A DNA stretch of 64,000 nt from Octopus vulgaris (Eukaryota), in contig OX597814.1 of the NCBI GenBank assembly GCA_951406725.2, positions 48,298,001-48,362,000 on the forward strand. The letters are read 5' to 3'. Both the position numbers and the translations under genes were made by a program. A model generated the notes under the pieces. It searched no databases, was not told the DNA's origin, and worked only from the letters and a program-made list of their open reading frames with translations. How positions within the stretch are numbered: position 1 is the stretch's first letter; every line of letters starts with the position of its first letter. Positions 1-12,750 of the stretch are shown here, piece by piece.

Positions 1-395
1 ACGTGTGTATTCTCATGCGTATAGTTCCATACTTTTATGTTCCACAGTTTTTTTTATGTTTTTATGCTTTTTATGTTCTATACTTTTATAGTTCCATAGT
101 TTTATATATGTATTCTCAAGCGTATAGTTCAATACTCGAACACAAGTTTGCAACTATCATGTATGTATGTATGTATGTATGTATGTATGTATGTATGTAT
201 GTATGTATGTATGTATGTATGCAGATGATCTGGGGTATTTATAGTGGAGACTTGGTGGAAGGACTGCATAGAGGCAAAATGGTAAATATTGGAAAGCCGA
301 AGGTGATGACAAGTGGTAAAGTATATGGTAAGGCGAAAAGAACAGAGTTGTCACGTGTCACGTGCAGCGAAGGTGTTGGAGTGAACTCTATTAAA

Positions 396-786
396 TCTCT
401 CTATATATAAAGCTGAAGTTGTCTGTATATGGCAGGTTTGGTAACCTTCAACTAACACTATCTCCTCCGTAACCCTGCCGTGCAAGTTGACCAAAATTGA
501 GAGTATGATAGAAGAAGGCTTGCTCTTCCTTCCGTAAAAGAAAAAATTGAAATCGGACCATGTTAACACCAAAAATTGTTTACATCAAAGAGGTGCTTTT
601 TTCTATGAAAATCCCTATTTTTTACGATTTTTTTACTTCTGTGTCGCCATTTTTCGGTGTATTTCAACCAGAAAAATGTTCACTTAAAGAGAATAACAAG
701 CTACATAATGCAAAATTTTTACTTTTCAAAAATTTCAATTTTAAAGGGTCGAAACAAACCCGAGCAACGCCGGGCGATACTGCTAG
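396..786 (+). mobile_element. Non-autonomous Helitron
   Basis: Starts TC(TCTC)TATATATAAA after an A. Ends with the hairpin CCCGAGCAACGCCGGG (759-774) and CTAG followed by T (A^T insertion, no TSD). Confidence 0.75.
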
Positions 787-1191
787 TATACAATATATGT
801 TGGTAGGTTTGTCAAAATTGTAGTATTGTGAAAGGGTTACATATTAATGTAGCAGCTATAAAGCTATCTGCGTCTCCTTTCGTACACACTTCATACTGAT
901 ATATAAACTGTGTACGAAAGGAGACGTAGATGGCGGGAATGTTGAGCCGTATCTTGGAAATGAAGATGGAAGGTGTAAAACCGCTGTAGTATTTTCGTTA
1001 GGATGTCACTGTACTTTTCAGCTATATTGGCACCGTTGTCCTTCGCTTACATCTGACAGTCACTCAGAGGAATTGTATACTCTTCCACGGTGTTCATGAT
1101 TAACTGAACAATTTTTTCCTGTTTTACGACAGCCTTTGAACTTTCGAAGTCTTTCTTGTACCTCATATCTTCCGTCCTTTAAATTAACATA

Positions 1192-2842
1192 CACTGGCCA
1201 AAATAATCTTAAGACCGATAATGACAGTTCTATTCCTTCATTAATATATTTTAAACAAAACTATATGAAATTATTTTACTTTTTACAGTTATGTAGAATT
1301 TTTTTCTTTCGAATGATATAGGCGTTCTATATCATTCTACAATTTGAATAAATTTAATGCGCAATTAATTCAAATGATTAGAAATTGTCGGTAAAATAAG
1401 TTTAAGACCATACCAAGATTATACAAATTAATAGACCAAATGGGTGGTCATGTGGCTAGTCGTACTGCACTTTTTTTTTTTGCTTAATAATCGAGCATTG
1501 TTACACATTAATTTACTATGGGAAAGCATCGTAGTCTCAGCCCAGTTACTAAATCAACGATCGCATTGCATCATCAGTATAATGTGTCCTTCAGGAACAT
1601 TAGCAAGCAATTAGGATGCAGCAAAGCGGTTTGTGTTCAAGGATGGAAGCTTTACCAAGCTACTGGCCAATACATAGATCGGAAAAAAACGGGCGCTCCG
1701 AGAAAAACAATAGTACAGGTGGATCGGCGAATTCATAAACTCTCTGAAGATAACCAAATCCTAACAGCAGTGGAAATTTGCAAGCAATTAGCTGATGAAA
1801 CTGACATCAGCTTTACACCACAAACTGTCAGAAACCGGCTAAAAGAATTTGGACTGTTCAACCGGATCGCTGGAAAGAAGCCAATAATTTCTGAGACGAA
1901 CCGGCAGAAGTGGATCAAGCTTGCTAAACGCCATACTGAATGGGCGGCCGAAGACTGGTCAAAAGTTCTTTGGAGTGACGAATCCCGCTTCTGCATCTTT
2001 GGATCAGACGGAAAGACTTATGTTAGACCCCGTCCAACTGAAGACTTCCATCCTAAGTGTGTCAAGAGGACGGCGCAAGCGGGAAGTATGTGTGTGTGTG
2101 TGTGGGGGGGGGTAATTGGGTGGGCCGCGTTAAGTAGCTTAGGTGTTGGTCCAATTGTTAAGGTTGATGGCAGACTGAACAGTGTAGGCTATCTGCAATT
2201 AGCAAATGAAAACGTGCTGACATATTTAAATAATCAGATGCCACCGGGATCTATTTTCCAGTAGCACAATTGCTCCGTTCATAAAACTAGGAAAGTTTTG
2301 CAATATTTTGAGCGCAATAATATGGTGGTTATTGAGGGGCCTCTGCAAAGCCCGGATTTGAATCCGATAGAAAATTTATGGAATTATGTTTCTAAAAGAG
2401 TTCATACTAAAAAACCTACAAATTTGTCCAATTATATAATTGTATTGAAGAATATGGCAGAACATTCCAAGTGATTTTTGTGCTCATTTGTCGAACTCCA
2501 TGTCCGGCCGCTGTGAGGCCGTAATTGAAAATAATGGCTATGGAAATGGATACTAATAATAAATTTTTGTTCGTTGAACATTTGTGCCGTAAATTTTTAA
2601 TTTAAACAAAATAATGTTGGTACATTCTTAAACTTTTTTTACCAACGATTTTTAATCATTTGAATTAATTGCGCATTAAAATTATTCAAATTGTAGAAAG
2701 ATATATAACGCCTATATCATCCGAAAGAGAAATATCCTACATAAACTGTTAAAAGTAAAATTATTTTATATAGTTTTATTAAAAATATATTAATGAAGGA
2801 ATAGAATTGTCATCATCGGTCTTAAACTTATTTTGGCCAGCG
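1192..2842 (+). mobile_element. Tc1-family DNA transposon with long IR/DR-type TIRs
   Basis: About 215-bp imperfect TIRs (CACTGGCCAAAATAA... / ...TTATTTTGGCCAGCG) flanked by TA on both sides. Inner direct repeat AAAATAAGTTTAAGACC near 1393-1409. Confidence 0.92.
1518..2555 (+). pseudogene. Tc1 (DD34E) transposase pseudogene
   Basis: HTH region, WSDESRF and SPDLNPIENLW are present. The FQQDNAP motif is mutated to FQ*HN (stop at 2262-2264), with downstream frameshifts. Confidence 0.9.
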
Positions 2843-4333
2843 TACCTCAACATAAATGTAGTCGGTTCAACATGGGAGTAATCTTGGGTTGCTTGCACGA
2901 TAACAAATATTTTCAAGACCACCTTTTCAGAAAAATCTGTTGCTTCACATTCTGAAATAAAATCATTCTTTTGCTCAAAGGGCAGTTAGACGACTTGAAA
3001 ATGTTCACCCTCTCATACTTATCGTTTTGTCAGTAGCTCATACTGTTGGAAAACAAGAAACCATCTGGATAGCAGCTCTGTTAGATCTAAGAAGTTCCAT
3101 TGTTTGGATTAATTCAATGTAGTGATCCACTGATCACTAACCCCGTTCCCCACAAAAAGAACTACAACTTCCATATATTTTAAAATGTTGCTTCATTTCA
3201 ATGTTTCAGTTCAAAATCTTGCCTTTGAAGAAGAAAGTTATCGTTAAAGCTTTCTCTAAGCTATGTAGCTTGGATCTTTTCTTTGACAGAAATTTCTACA
3301 CACATTTTTGTGAAGATTTTGGTTTTAGAAGTACCAGTTTAAATTTATGTGGGGCTTTAAGAAGGACATGATTCAGACAATTTTAATTGGCCAATTGATT
3401 TAAATCCTAATCTGCTGTAAAAACAGACGCAATCGGTTATATCTGACAGTTCTGGCCATGAATGTTATTCGTCAACTTTTCATTAGAGTCAGACGATATA
3501 TTCTTTACATAGGGAAAATAGAGATCTCTGTCAAAGTAACTGGAGAGATCTATGAATTTTATTTCTAGAGAGTAGGTCGCCAGATATTCACGACCCTTCT
3601 TTAGCTCTTTGGACTTCGCATCAGCCTATCGACTGAATCCTTGCTCTTATAGGCCCTGCCCGTAATGTCATCCAGATTAGGTGGGTGAACTGGAACACTG
3701 TTCACAAAAGTCTTTATTTTCTTTTATTTTCAAGTTTATTCTGATGACCATACATACAAACCTCTTACTCATAGAAAACGCTTTATCACTAACAACTGGA
3801 GACTTCATTTCTACTCAAGCTGGTTTTCAACAAATACGACGTCAAAACATAGCATCTACCGACAAAATACTTTTCTGTTTACCGTATTAATACATTTTGT
3901 TTGCTATGGAAAAGTTGTTTCTGGCACTGAAGTGAAGAGCAGTCTAACTAAATTGTCACATTTTACTTTACAGGAAAAAAATTTCAGCTTCAAGACACGA
4001 AATTCCAAACAAAGTTCGTTTAATTTTTCTTTCTCCTTTTCTCTAAGCTTGTGCAAACATCTCTAAACGTATTATTTAGATTGTCACGAAATAGAGTTTG
4101 TTGGCTAGTTCTGATAGATAACTGAAATGTGCGTACAGGTGTGGCAAAATACAAGAAGAGATTAAACTCCTTTCGTCATCTATAAACGCGCTGACCTGTA
4201 AAAATCTTGGAGTGTCGTCTTTGAAAATACTGAGAAATTAGTTCAAAGATGCAAATCTGAACAAAAAGAGGTTGACTGTTATTCCGAATAATGTATTTAA
4301 AATAATTTTGTTTTGTTAGCATTTTATACCTGA

Positions 4334-4845
4334 CTAGCAGTATCGCCCGGCGTTGCTCGGGTTTGTAAGGGAAATAACTATATAAGCATTTTAGAGAGTT
4401 ACTTCCCTTATAGATGCCAATTCGGGCTTTCTTAGCCATTTCTGTTTTGGTGTCTTCAAGCCATGAAGTCGTTGTTCTAAAAGAACGCTGGTCTCCTTGA
4501 CAACGCTTTACGACGTTGATTTCCTTACACTCCCTTCCCCACAGCTTCACAAGGGAGGGAAGAAGGGGGAGAAGCAAACAGGTGCAGATGTGAGCGTGGA
4601 CGCCAACTCCGCCGCCATCGACACACGAAAAATTATGCATTAAAATGGAATAAAAAATGATGTTAAATTATTTTTAAAATCGTAGACTCATCGTAGACGC
4701 GCGCTAATACCCAGACGGGCTCGATATGAATCACGACTATAAGATACCCGAATTTGGTTAAACTGCACCGCAAAATGTGGGAGTAGTTAGGAATCTAAAT
4801 CGAAGGGGACAGACACTCACACAACTATAGTTTTATATATATAGA
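4334..4845 (-). mobile_element. Non-autonomous Helitron with the same termini as 396-786
   Basis: The minus strand begins TCTATATATATAAAA. It ends ACAAACCCGAGCAACGCCGGGCGATACTGCTAG, identical to the end of the 396-786 element. The interior differs. Confidence 0.75.
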
Positions 4846-5318
4846 TATAATGGTCCCATGAATTCAGATATTTCAACAAATTATAAAAGCTGAGTTTTAC
4901 TATCATCTCTATCAACATGGTGTTGACTTGGCCGAGACAGAAATTCTAATAGAATTTTTGTCACTGAAGTTTCATAGTTCAAATCAAGTCGGAGTTTCAT
5001 TTCCCCATTAACCTCTCCAGAATCGATACAATAAGTCTCAATAATATGCTGAGGTAGATTTTACTAACGATACTCCAGACCCACATAAAAATTGACCTTG
5101 TACCTATATAAGAAGTTAATATTTCTTTCTCTCTCTTTTTCTTTCTTTTCTTTTTTTTTTTTTGAAACGAATGTATTAATTGTGACTGACATCATACTTT
5201 TACGTTTCTCTTTTGATAAGTCTTGATCTTCGTATGTGTCTCTCGTTGTTTTTCTCTTTTTAGCCACTCTTAGAAAGAGAGTAAGAGAGAGAGAGAAAGA
5301 GAGAGAGAGAGAAAAAAA

Positions 5319-5363
<45 letters not shown>

Positions 5364-5519
5364 GTCCTAGTACTATTTGGTTTTAATTTTTTGTCTTCAT
5401 TTTCTTTCTTGACAGACAGGAAAGTGTAGTTTGAAGGATAATTGACTGTTATTTCTCAAAATGAATGTTATACAAATCACTAAATAAATAAAAGAATATA
5501 TATATATATATGGGCCGTT

Positions 5520-5712
5520 GGCGATTTTCCTTCTTCTTTCGACTTTCTCCTTTCTGATGAAGAGCCATGCTCGAAACGTTAAAAACTCTCTCCTTTCACC
5601 GAGCGTAAAACTAGTATAATTCTTGTGCACGTCCTCATGTTCGTTTTTTTCTCTTTTGGCTTTTTCTTTTCGTTTCTTTCGTTTTTGAATTGTTTGTTCA
5701 TTGAATTGACTA
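5520..5712 (+). mobile_element. Penelope-like pseudo-LTR fragment containing a minimal hammerhead core
   Basis: Similar to 19810-19990 (minus strand), which lies directly 3' of a GIY-YIG fragment. Contains CTGATGA-A-GAGC-CAT-GCTC-GAAACG. Confidence 0.55.
5551..5584 (+). ncRNA. Minimal type-I hammerhead ribozyme core (PLE type)
   Basis: TTT-CTGATGA-A-GAGC-CAT-GCTC-GAAA-CGTT-AAAA. The core is intact with a 4-bp stem II, but stems I and III are very short. Confidence 0.55.
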
Positions 5713-5715
5713 TAG

Positions 5716-5768
5716 ATATATATATATATATATATATACATACATACATACATACATACATACATACA

Positions 5769-5804
<36 letters not shown>

Positions 5805-5849
5805 TATATAGATATATATATATACATATATATATATATACATACATAT

Positions 5850-5882
<33 letters not shown>
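5716..5882 (+). repeat. Compound (TA)n(TACA)n(CA)n microsatellite
   Basis: Direct inspection. Similar runs: (TATG)n at 159-221 and (GA)n at 5285-5358. Confidence 0.97.
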
Positions 5883-6333
5883 TACTACCATCGAACAGTG
5901 AGAATGAGTGCTCAACACTAGATTGGGGGTTAAATATTGTTATATTGTTTATTTATATATTGTTTATTTATTGGTTAACAAGGCTACCATTGGCTTCATG
6001 TCTAGAAGTCTCCCCAATTATCAAGGGACGTAGGCACTCGTCTCCACCTTGCATGTGAATATAACCAAGCTACACAAGACCATGCGAAATTTTGGAATAA
6101 ATAAATATATATACAGATCATAGGAAGCAACTTGTAATTGTATCTCCTTTGCATTAGTTCTGGTCACGTTCAAATTTATAAATATAAATATGAATAGCCA
6201 CGTATATATATACATCTACATCCATGCAGAATATGTGCACACATACACACTAGCACACTCACACATACACCAGCATCCTGCATTTTGTTTGTGTTTGGAT
6301 GTGTGCACACAACTGTTCGTATTTGCGTACATG

Positions 6334-6667
6334 TGCACATAATTGCGGAGTTTCACATATTTTGCCGTCAGACTTGGTCCAAGGGATTGAAAATTCATTC
6401 ATAGGGTTGCGGATTCATAAGTTTGTGTATCTCATGTGAAGTCATGAATATGTGTGGTGCACATATATTCATGTAATGAGGGAGTTCAGCTTAAATCTAG
6501 GGGGACATGTGTCTTATACATAATGTTCATATAGTGCATGTAATTGATGTTCAGAGAAAAACTAATCCATCGTGATACAAAAACTTATGAATATGCAATC
6601 CCCTGAATCCACAACCCTATAGATCAAGATTGATATCAAAATATGTGAAACTTCGCAATTATGGGCA
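6334..6667. mobile_element. MITE / foldback element
   Basis: TIRs CATAATTGCGGAGTTTCACATATTTTG / CAAAATATGTGAAACTTCGCAATTATG, with further internal inverted similarity (ATAGGGTTGCGGATTCA / TGAATCCACAACCCTAT). Confidence 0.7.
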
Positions 6668-6939
6668 TATAAACATTTTCTTCTTATCTTTTCCACACAC
6701 ACACACACACGCGCACTTACACACACGGATATATATGTTGCTTTGAAATATGGGAAAAATAAAATAAAACAAAGTATTTTGAAAATTCTTAAACGATCGT
6801 TGCATTATTTTATTTACATGAAACGGGGTGTAAAATGAATGAAATGTATGAATTAGTGTTTTACTGTATATTATTGAATCATTAACTGGATAAATATTTC
6901 GATGAGAGACCAATCATAAAATACATCTCACATTCAATA

Positions 6940-7548
6940 GGTACAGGAGTGGCTGTGTGGTAAGTAGCTTGCTTACCAACCACATGGTTGCGGGTTCATT
7001 CCCACTGCAGGGCACCTTGGGCAAGTGTCTTCTACTCTTTTACTATAGCCTCAGGCCTTCTACTAAAGCCTTGTGAGTGGATTTGGTAGAGAGAAACTGA
7101 AAGAAGCCCGTTATATATATATTTGTGTCTGTGTTTGTCTCCCCAACATCGCTTGACAACCGATGCTGGTGTGTTTACGTCCCCGTCACTTAGCGGTTTG
7201 GCAAGAGAGACCAATAGAATAATTACTGGATGGATGGAAGCACTCCGTCGGTTACGATGACGAGGGTTCCGGTTGATCCGATCAACGGAACAGCCTGCTC
7301 ATGAAATTAACGTGTAAGTGGCTGAGCACTCCACAGACACATGTACCCTTAACGCAGTTCTCGGGGATATTCAGCGTGACACAGAGAGTGACAAGGCCGG
7401 CCCTTTGAAATACAGGTACAGCAGAAACAGGAAGTAAGAGTGAGAGAAAGTTGTGGTGAAAGAGTACAGCAGGGATCACCACCATCCCCTGCCGGAGCCT
7501 CGTGGAGCTGAATTAGTACTAGGCTTACAAAGAATAAGTCCTGGCATT
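6940..7548 (+). mobile_element. tRNA-derived CORE-type SINE (family A) interrupted by a nested repeat at about 7228-7509
   Basis: Head GGAGTGGCTGTGTGGTAAG..GGTTCATTCCC (A/B boxes), CCTTGGGCAAGT core start, and a body shared with many copies. The nested insert is flanked by gaataattact/gaattagtact. Confidence 0.8.
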
Positions 7549-8453
7549 GAATAGAATAGTGACTTGAATAAGTTTGATTAACGAGCATATAAAGTAGCCA
7601 AGGGCAACAACTCCAGTTAAATTAATTCAAATTTTAGAAAATATACCAGTTGCAATATGGAAGTGTAATTGGTCCTTAAGTCTATTGGTGAAAGCAACAG
7701 ACATGTTTTGGTGCATGTTTCAGTATTAGCTGACTCAAAATGTTAGTCTTTCCAACATATACAATTTTTATTCCCATTTTGATTCATGCTGACATAAATC
7801 CTCGACATTCTACTGACTAGTGACTACTTCTAGTAAGAATAATGATTATTGATAGCAAAACAACTAAACAAGATAAGAGTTTTAATACAGGATTGTACTC
7901 AGGAAGCTAGACTCCATGCAGTATATGTGAATTAAAATTTATTATACATGGCTTCAGTTTTGCATTTGCAGACTAACTTTTGATTTTAAAAAAAATGATA
8001 TAGTGTATTCAATTAATTGACCATGTTGCAGAAGATATTGCAGTGGCTGAGTGTAGAAAATAGTTTGCAGTATTTAATTACATTTCTTCAAATTTGAGTG
8101 TCTTGCTTTAGTTTAGTTTGCTTTCAGCCTTTTGAGGTTGATAAGTAAGCACTAGTAACGATTCAGATTCAATTGACTTCAAATTTGATGACCAGGGTTA
8201 TAGTTGAATATTCAGATTCATGTTTCAAGTTCTGGTTGAGTCCATTTCACTACACTTACATGCTGCAAATGCTCTTGGAAAAACCATTAATGTTGAATCA
8301 TCTCATGTTTCTAGCTAACTAGATATAGTAAAAAAGGGATAAAAACCATAATACTCAACAAGAAATGGTTATGGAATATAATAGGCAAGTTATTTAATTT
8401 CAGCTGCAAGAAATCTGCTGATTGAGTAAATGTTAATATAATGATGTTGTTAA

Positions 8454-8662
8454 GGCAGTAAGCTGGTAGAATTGTTACTGTGCCAAGCAAAATGCTTAGC
8501 AGCATTTTGTCTCTCTTTACATTGAGTTCAAATTCTGTCAAAGTCAACCTTGCCTTTCATCCTTTTGGGGTTGCTAAAATAAGTACCAGTTGAGCACTGG
8601 GTTCTATTACATCAACTTACTCCCCCCCCTCAACTTACTGGCCTTGTGCCAAAATTTGAAAC
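8454..8662 (+). mobile_element. tRNA-type SINE (family C, GCCTTTCATCCTTT..GGGGT.GATAAA..AGTACCAG central domain)
   Basis: Matches copies at 33285, 33516, 40790 and 60135-61530. Confidence 0.75.
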
Positions 8663-9629
8663 TAATATAATGGTGCTGTCAGTGTTATCGTAAATCTGGC
8701 TTTCTCATCTTGAACATTCATTAAACTTTATGGAGAAATAAATTGTTTCTAATTTAGACACAAGGCCAGCAGTTTGAGAGGAGGGATCCTTCCAGCTTTT
8801 ATATATTCCTATTCTTTGTGAATTTCTGAAATGCTTTGCTCTATAGGGATTTCTGCTTGATTTTTACATTTCTCAACTGGTAAATTTAAAGTTTCACATA
8901 TAATCCTTACAACAACAACAAAAATAATCACTGGTCTATCAGGAACTTGTCAATATTGGAGATGTTTAGTCTATCACAAACTGACAAAATGCCTGAAGAT
9001 ATTAGATTGTATAGCTATTGTGAGTGTGTACATTTTTCTTCTTTCCTCTTGTCATTATCTAAGCTTAAATCCCATTCTCCCTACAGTTGTTCTATCCACT
9101 CCAACAATTCACATCCTGTATCTAAAATTTCTTTTTTTTTAAAAATGGGAGGTGAGATCTGTCTTGGCAGTCACACTGTTTACTGAAATATAAACTATCA
9201 ATATTGACATTGGAATTAAATAAATGTCACATATCTTGATCTGCTGATGGCAGCTAAAATGGCAGCTAGACAGTGACAAAAGCATCATAATATGATTTGA
9301 TGGTATATCATATGCACCCTTATAAAATATATATATATATATAATAGAAAAATATCAATTGCTCTAAAAAGAATCGACTTGTCACCAGAAGCATGAGTGC
9401 TTATATCTTCTCACTGCAATTCAAACAATGGAAGTAGACACAGGTATGTAACACCTGGTAACAGAATTGTGAGAAAGGGTGAAGCCTCATGTAAACTGTA
9501 AATTTATATATAATTTGATGAAATAAAATGTGATTGCATCAGGTTCTGAGGCTCATCATCACCATAGCTTATATCATTCCAAGGAAGCACATCCATATAT
9601 TATCACAAATTCTGTGTCATGTTTTTAAC

Positions 9630-9909
9630 CTTTTAACATTCAGATTACTCTGTCAGATGTAATGTTTATTCATTCATTTTGTTTTAAATTAATCATACAT
9701 TATCTTGTAGCTTCAAGATTTCGATCATGAGGTTAATCTTTTAATCTTTCAGTCATTTGACTGTAGCCATGCTAGAGCACCACCTTGAAACATATTGCAT
9801 ATTTTTGGAATGACATATAGGGTAGGAGTGAGAGACAGGATCTGGCTGGTTTGAACATAAAGCAAGTAGAATATTTTGGCCAGATATGGCCACCTTAAAT
9901 GCTAGAGGA
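9630..9909. mobile_element. piggyBac-like MITE (family 2) carrying an inserted SINE tail fragment
   Basis: TTAA-CCTTTTAACATT...AATGCTAGAGGA-TTAA termini. Related copies at about 25590-25797 and 43114-43260. Confidence 0.6.
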
Positions 9910-10164
9910 TTAAATTCTAGGATAAATTTTAACTTCTACACTGCTTTCCCCTTTTTCTTTAACAGCATAGCCGCTTTTGGATATAGCTTATTATGATTGA
10001 GTGGAGGTACAGTGAGCAATTTCTCAAGGCTCCCCCCACCCTTAGAGAGGTTGTTTAACACTTTGGAGGTGGAGCCTCATTTAGAATTTCCTTGCTAGGA
10101 AGACAGAGTCCTTTTCACAAGCCCTACAGAGGGCATGCACTTATTTTTGAATAAGATTCCATGT

Positions 10165-10436
10165 GAAAACAGCATAAAGTGTTCCACTGGGGTGCTTATG
10201 CCTTGTGGCATATTTCTAGGCTCTATATTTTCTAAGAATTCATAGGGGTCATCTCTATCTAAGTTCAGAATCCCCAATCCTAAACCAAGGGTTCACAACA
10301 TTTTCATCACCGTCGTCATTTTGATCTTCTCATTATTTCCCTGGTTATTTTCATCAGTTTCAGTGTCAGATTCACTGCTAAGCTGGGAGAAATCAGACTC
10401 ACTAAGGAAATTTTCATCAGTGTCACTGTTGGACAT
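10165..10436 (-). pseudogene. piggyBac (PGBD-like) transposase N-terminal remnant
   Basis: Acidic MSNSDTDENFLSESDFSQLSSESDTETDE, then after frameshifts YEFLENIEPRNMPQGISTPVEHFMLF, which resembles the F...GP....P...F.LF start of piggyBac transposases. Confidence 0.5.
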
Positions 10437-12366
10437 GGTGAAATTTCACAATGCTCACTTGGAACACACACAAAAAAGAAAAAAATTGTTGTAAAATCAC
10501 AGAACACAGCAAACTATCATGGAAGCCACCACTGAAAGGCCCAGATGTGCAAGAAATGCAAGAAACAAACTGATTGGCAGGTACAAAGACCAGCCAGCTA
10601 ACCTAGAAGCTTGTATTATCAGGCCAATGGATTGACCCAGTCGTGCAGCGTTTTTTTTATAATCAAAGGCTTCTGCAAATTCTACTCATAAGGTATTTGT
10701 TACACATGTTGAAGACATGCCTAGGAGCTTTGTAGCAGAATCAAACCATTGAAGTAATACTCATTATGGATGGTGGCTTTTAATTTAATTTCCATTCAGA
10801 GGTTCTTTCAATTATTTTTTGATTGTTGTACGAACAAACAAATGACTGTTTTTCAACACTTTACGTGAGTTATCTCATGCTTCAATATATCATTTAAAAT
10901 ATTTTGAATCATGTTGGAGGTGTGAACCAAAGCCTATAGGATGGAACATCAAATGCTACTATGTTAATGATAGTAATAATTATTATGAATTGTACACTCC
11001 CTGTCTCCCGTACAGAATAAACATTTATTAGAAGCAAACAAGTATTCAAAATCAATTTATCAAAGATTGGATCTAAAGTAAAAATATAAAATTCTTTAAC
11101 CCTGCAACAATTTCAGAGAAATTATAGAGATTACAAATAATTTATGTAGATGACAAACCAATGTGGATAAAGTCAATATATTAATGAATGAAATAAAATA
11201 AAACAATAAATTTAATCAAGTGCTAAAATTATTAGTTGATGAGGTATTTTTAGATCAGTGCTCTTGAGAGATAAATTTAAAGTTGCACCCACACACACAC
11301 AATAAAATATCCACTAATGCATACAATATTTTTATTTATTTTTCTACTAATACATATATCAAAATAATTTTCTGTTAACATAGTGTTTGCTAAAGGGGAA
11401 AAAAAAGAAAGAAAAAAAAATGGAAATCATAACTAATACTCAGAAAGAATCTTATAAGTGTAAGTACTTAACATCTTGCAGTAAAGTCCAATGAGCAGTA
11501 TTGATATATTTTTTGTCTTTTAAATTCTAGAATCAAGCAAAAAAAAAATTGTTTTCAATGAAAATTCAGTATGTATCAGTTTCAGGATGCAATTTGCTAT
11601 GAATGTGACAATATCTAAGAAAAAGTTCATTGAATAGTTTCCCATTATGTCTTCAAGTAGACGTGGACCAAGAACTTTTGAAGAAGATTAATGAGAATAT
11701 TGTAAGGTGTTCTTAAAGATAATTAGTAAAAAAAAAAAAAAAGAGAGAAATTAAAGAGTGCCAGAAATTGAAGATGGATCATAGACTTAGCTCATAGCAA
11801 GTTTCCATCCAATCCTATAGTAATTTACCAAAAAGTGGAAGGGACAAAATAGACATTAATATTTAGAAAGTTTGTTTTACAATGTTCCTTTACCTTTTTG
11901 GTGAAATATTTGATAGAACAAATAAATAAATAAATAAATAAAAGGAAGAAATTCATATGAAAAAAATTAAATTTTGTAAAATAAATCAATCCATCACAAT
12001 ATGGAAACAGAAATTAAATTTTATCAAAAAAAAAAAAAAAAATGAATACATTTATTTTGCAGTGAAAACTAATTTTTCCTTCTCATTCCTTTTAATTTCT
12101 TCTCTCAAACCGACAATATAATTTGCTTAAAGAATACGCTATTGACAATTTCATATTTTTCTTAAGTTCCAATAAATTTTATGTGAAAAAAGTTATTTTT
12201 TTTAACATTATGTTAAAATAAATCATATGCAACCAAATTATTGCAACAAAAATTCCATCTCTAGACATTACCATAACAATACTGATCTATGACACAGGAC
12301 TCTTTTGTGTCATCTTTTACACACATACAAATGTAGACACACACCTAATAATAATGTCAAAATATA

Positions 12367-12750
12367 GGTGGAGGCATACCTGTGTGGTTAAGAAGTTCAG
12401 CTCCCAACAACATGGTTTTGAATTCAGTCCCCATTGCATGGCACATTAGGAAAGTGTCTTCTACTATAGCTCTGTGTTGATCAAAGCTTTGCAAGTGACT
12501 GATGGAAATTGAAAGAAGCCCATAAACTGTGTGGAAGCTTGACATGTGTGTTTGAGAGAATGTGTATGTGTGTGTTTATCCCCCTCCACTACTTGACAAC
12601 TGTTGTTGGTTTGTTTATATTCTTGTAACTTACTTGTCTAGTAAAAGAGACCGATAAAGAATGTACCAGAAGTAATTTGTTTGACTAAACCCTTAAAGTG
12701 GTCCCCCATCAGGATTGCATTCTGATGACTGAAACAGGTAAAAGATAAAG
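12367..12750 (+). mobile_element. Degenerate SINE family A
   Basis: Diverged match along the full length, including the ATGACTGAAAC..GTAAAAGA tail. Confidence 0.7.

Noticed and set aside
3-410. 135-aa ORF and the many YI/MYVC/HT/SL-repeat ORFs (5397-5921, 27840-28085, 62588-63805)
   Set aside because: They are translations of (TA)n, (TATG)n, (CA)n and (GA)n microsatellites with no protein signal.
4137-4195. Possible minus-strand exon (VSAFIDDERSLISSCILPH)
   Set aside because: It has plausible splice dinucleotides but no partner exons or recognisable homology.
4176-4640. 154-aa minus-strand ORF
   Set aside because: It runs across the Helitron 3' boundary into flanking DNA and has no recognisable domain.
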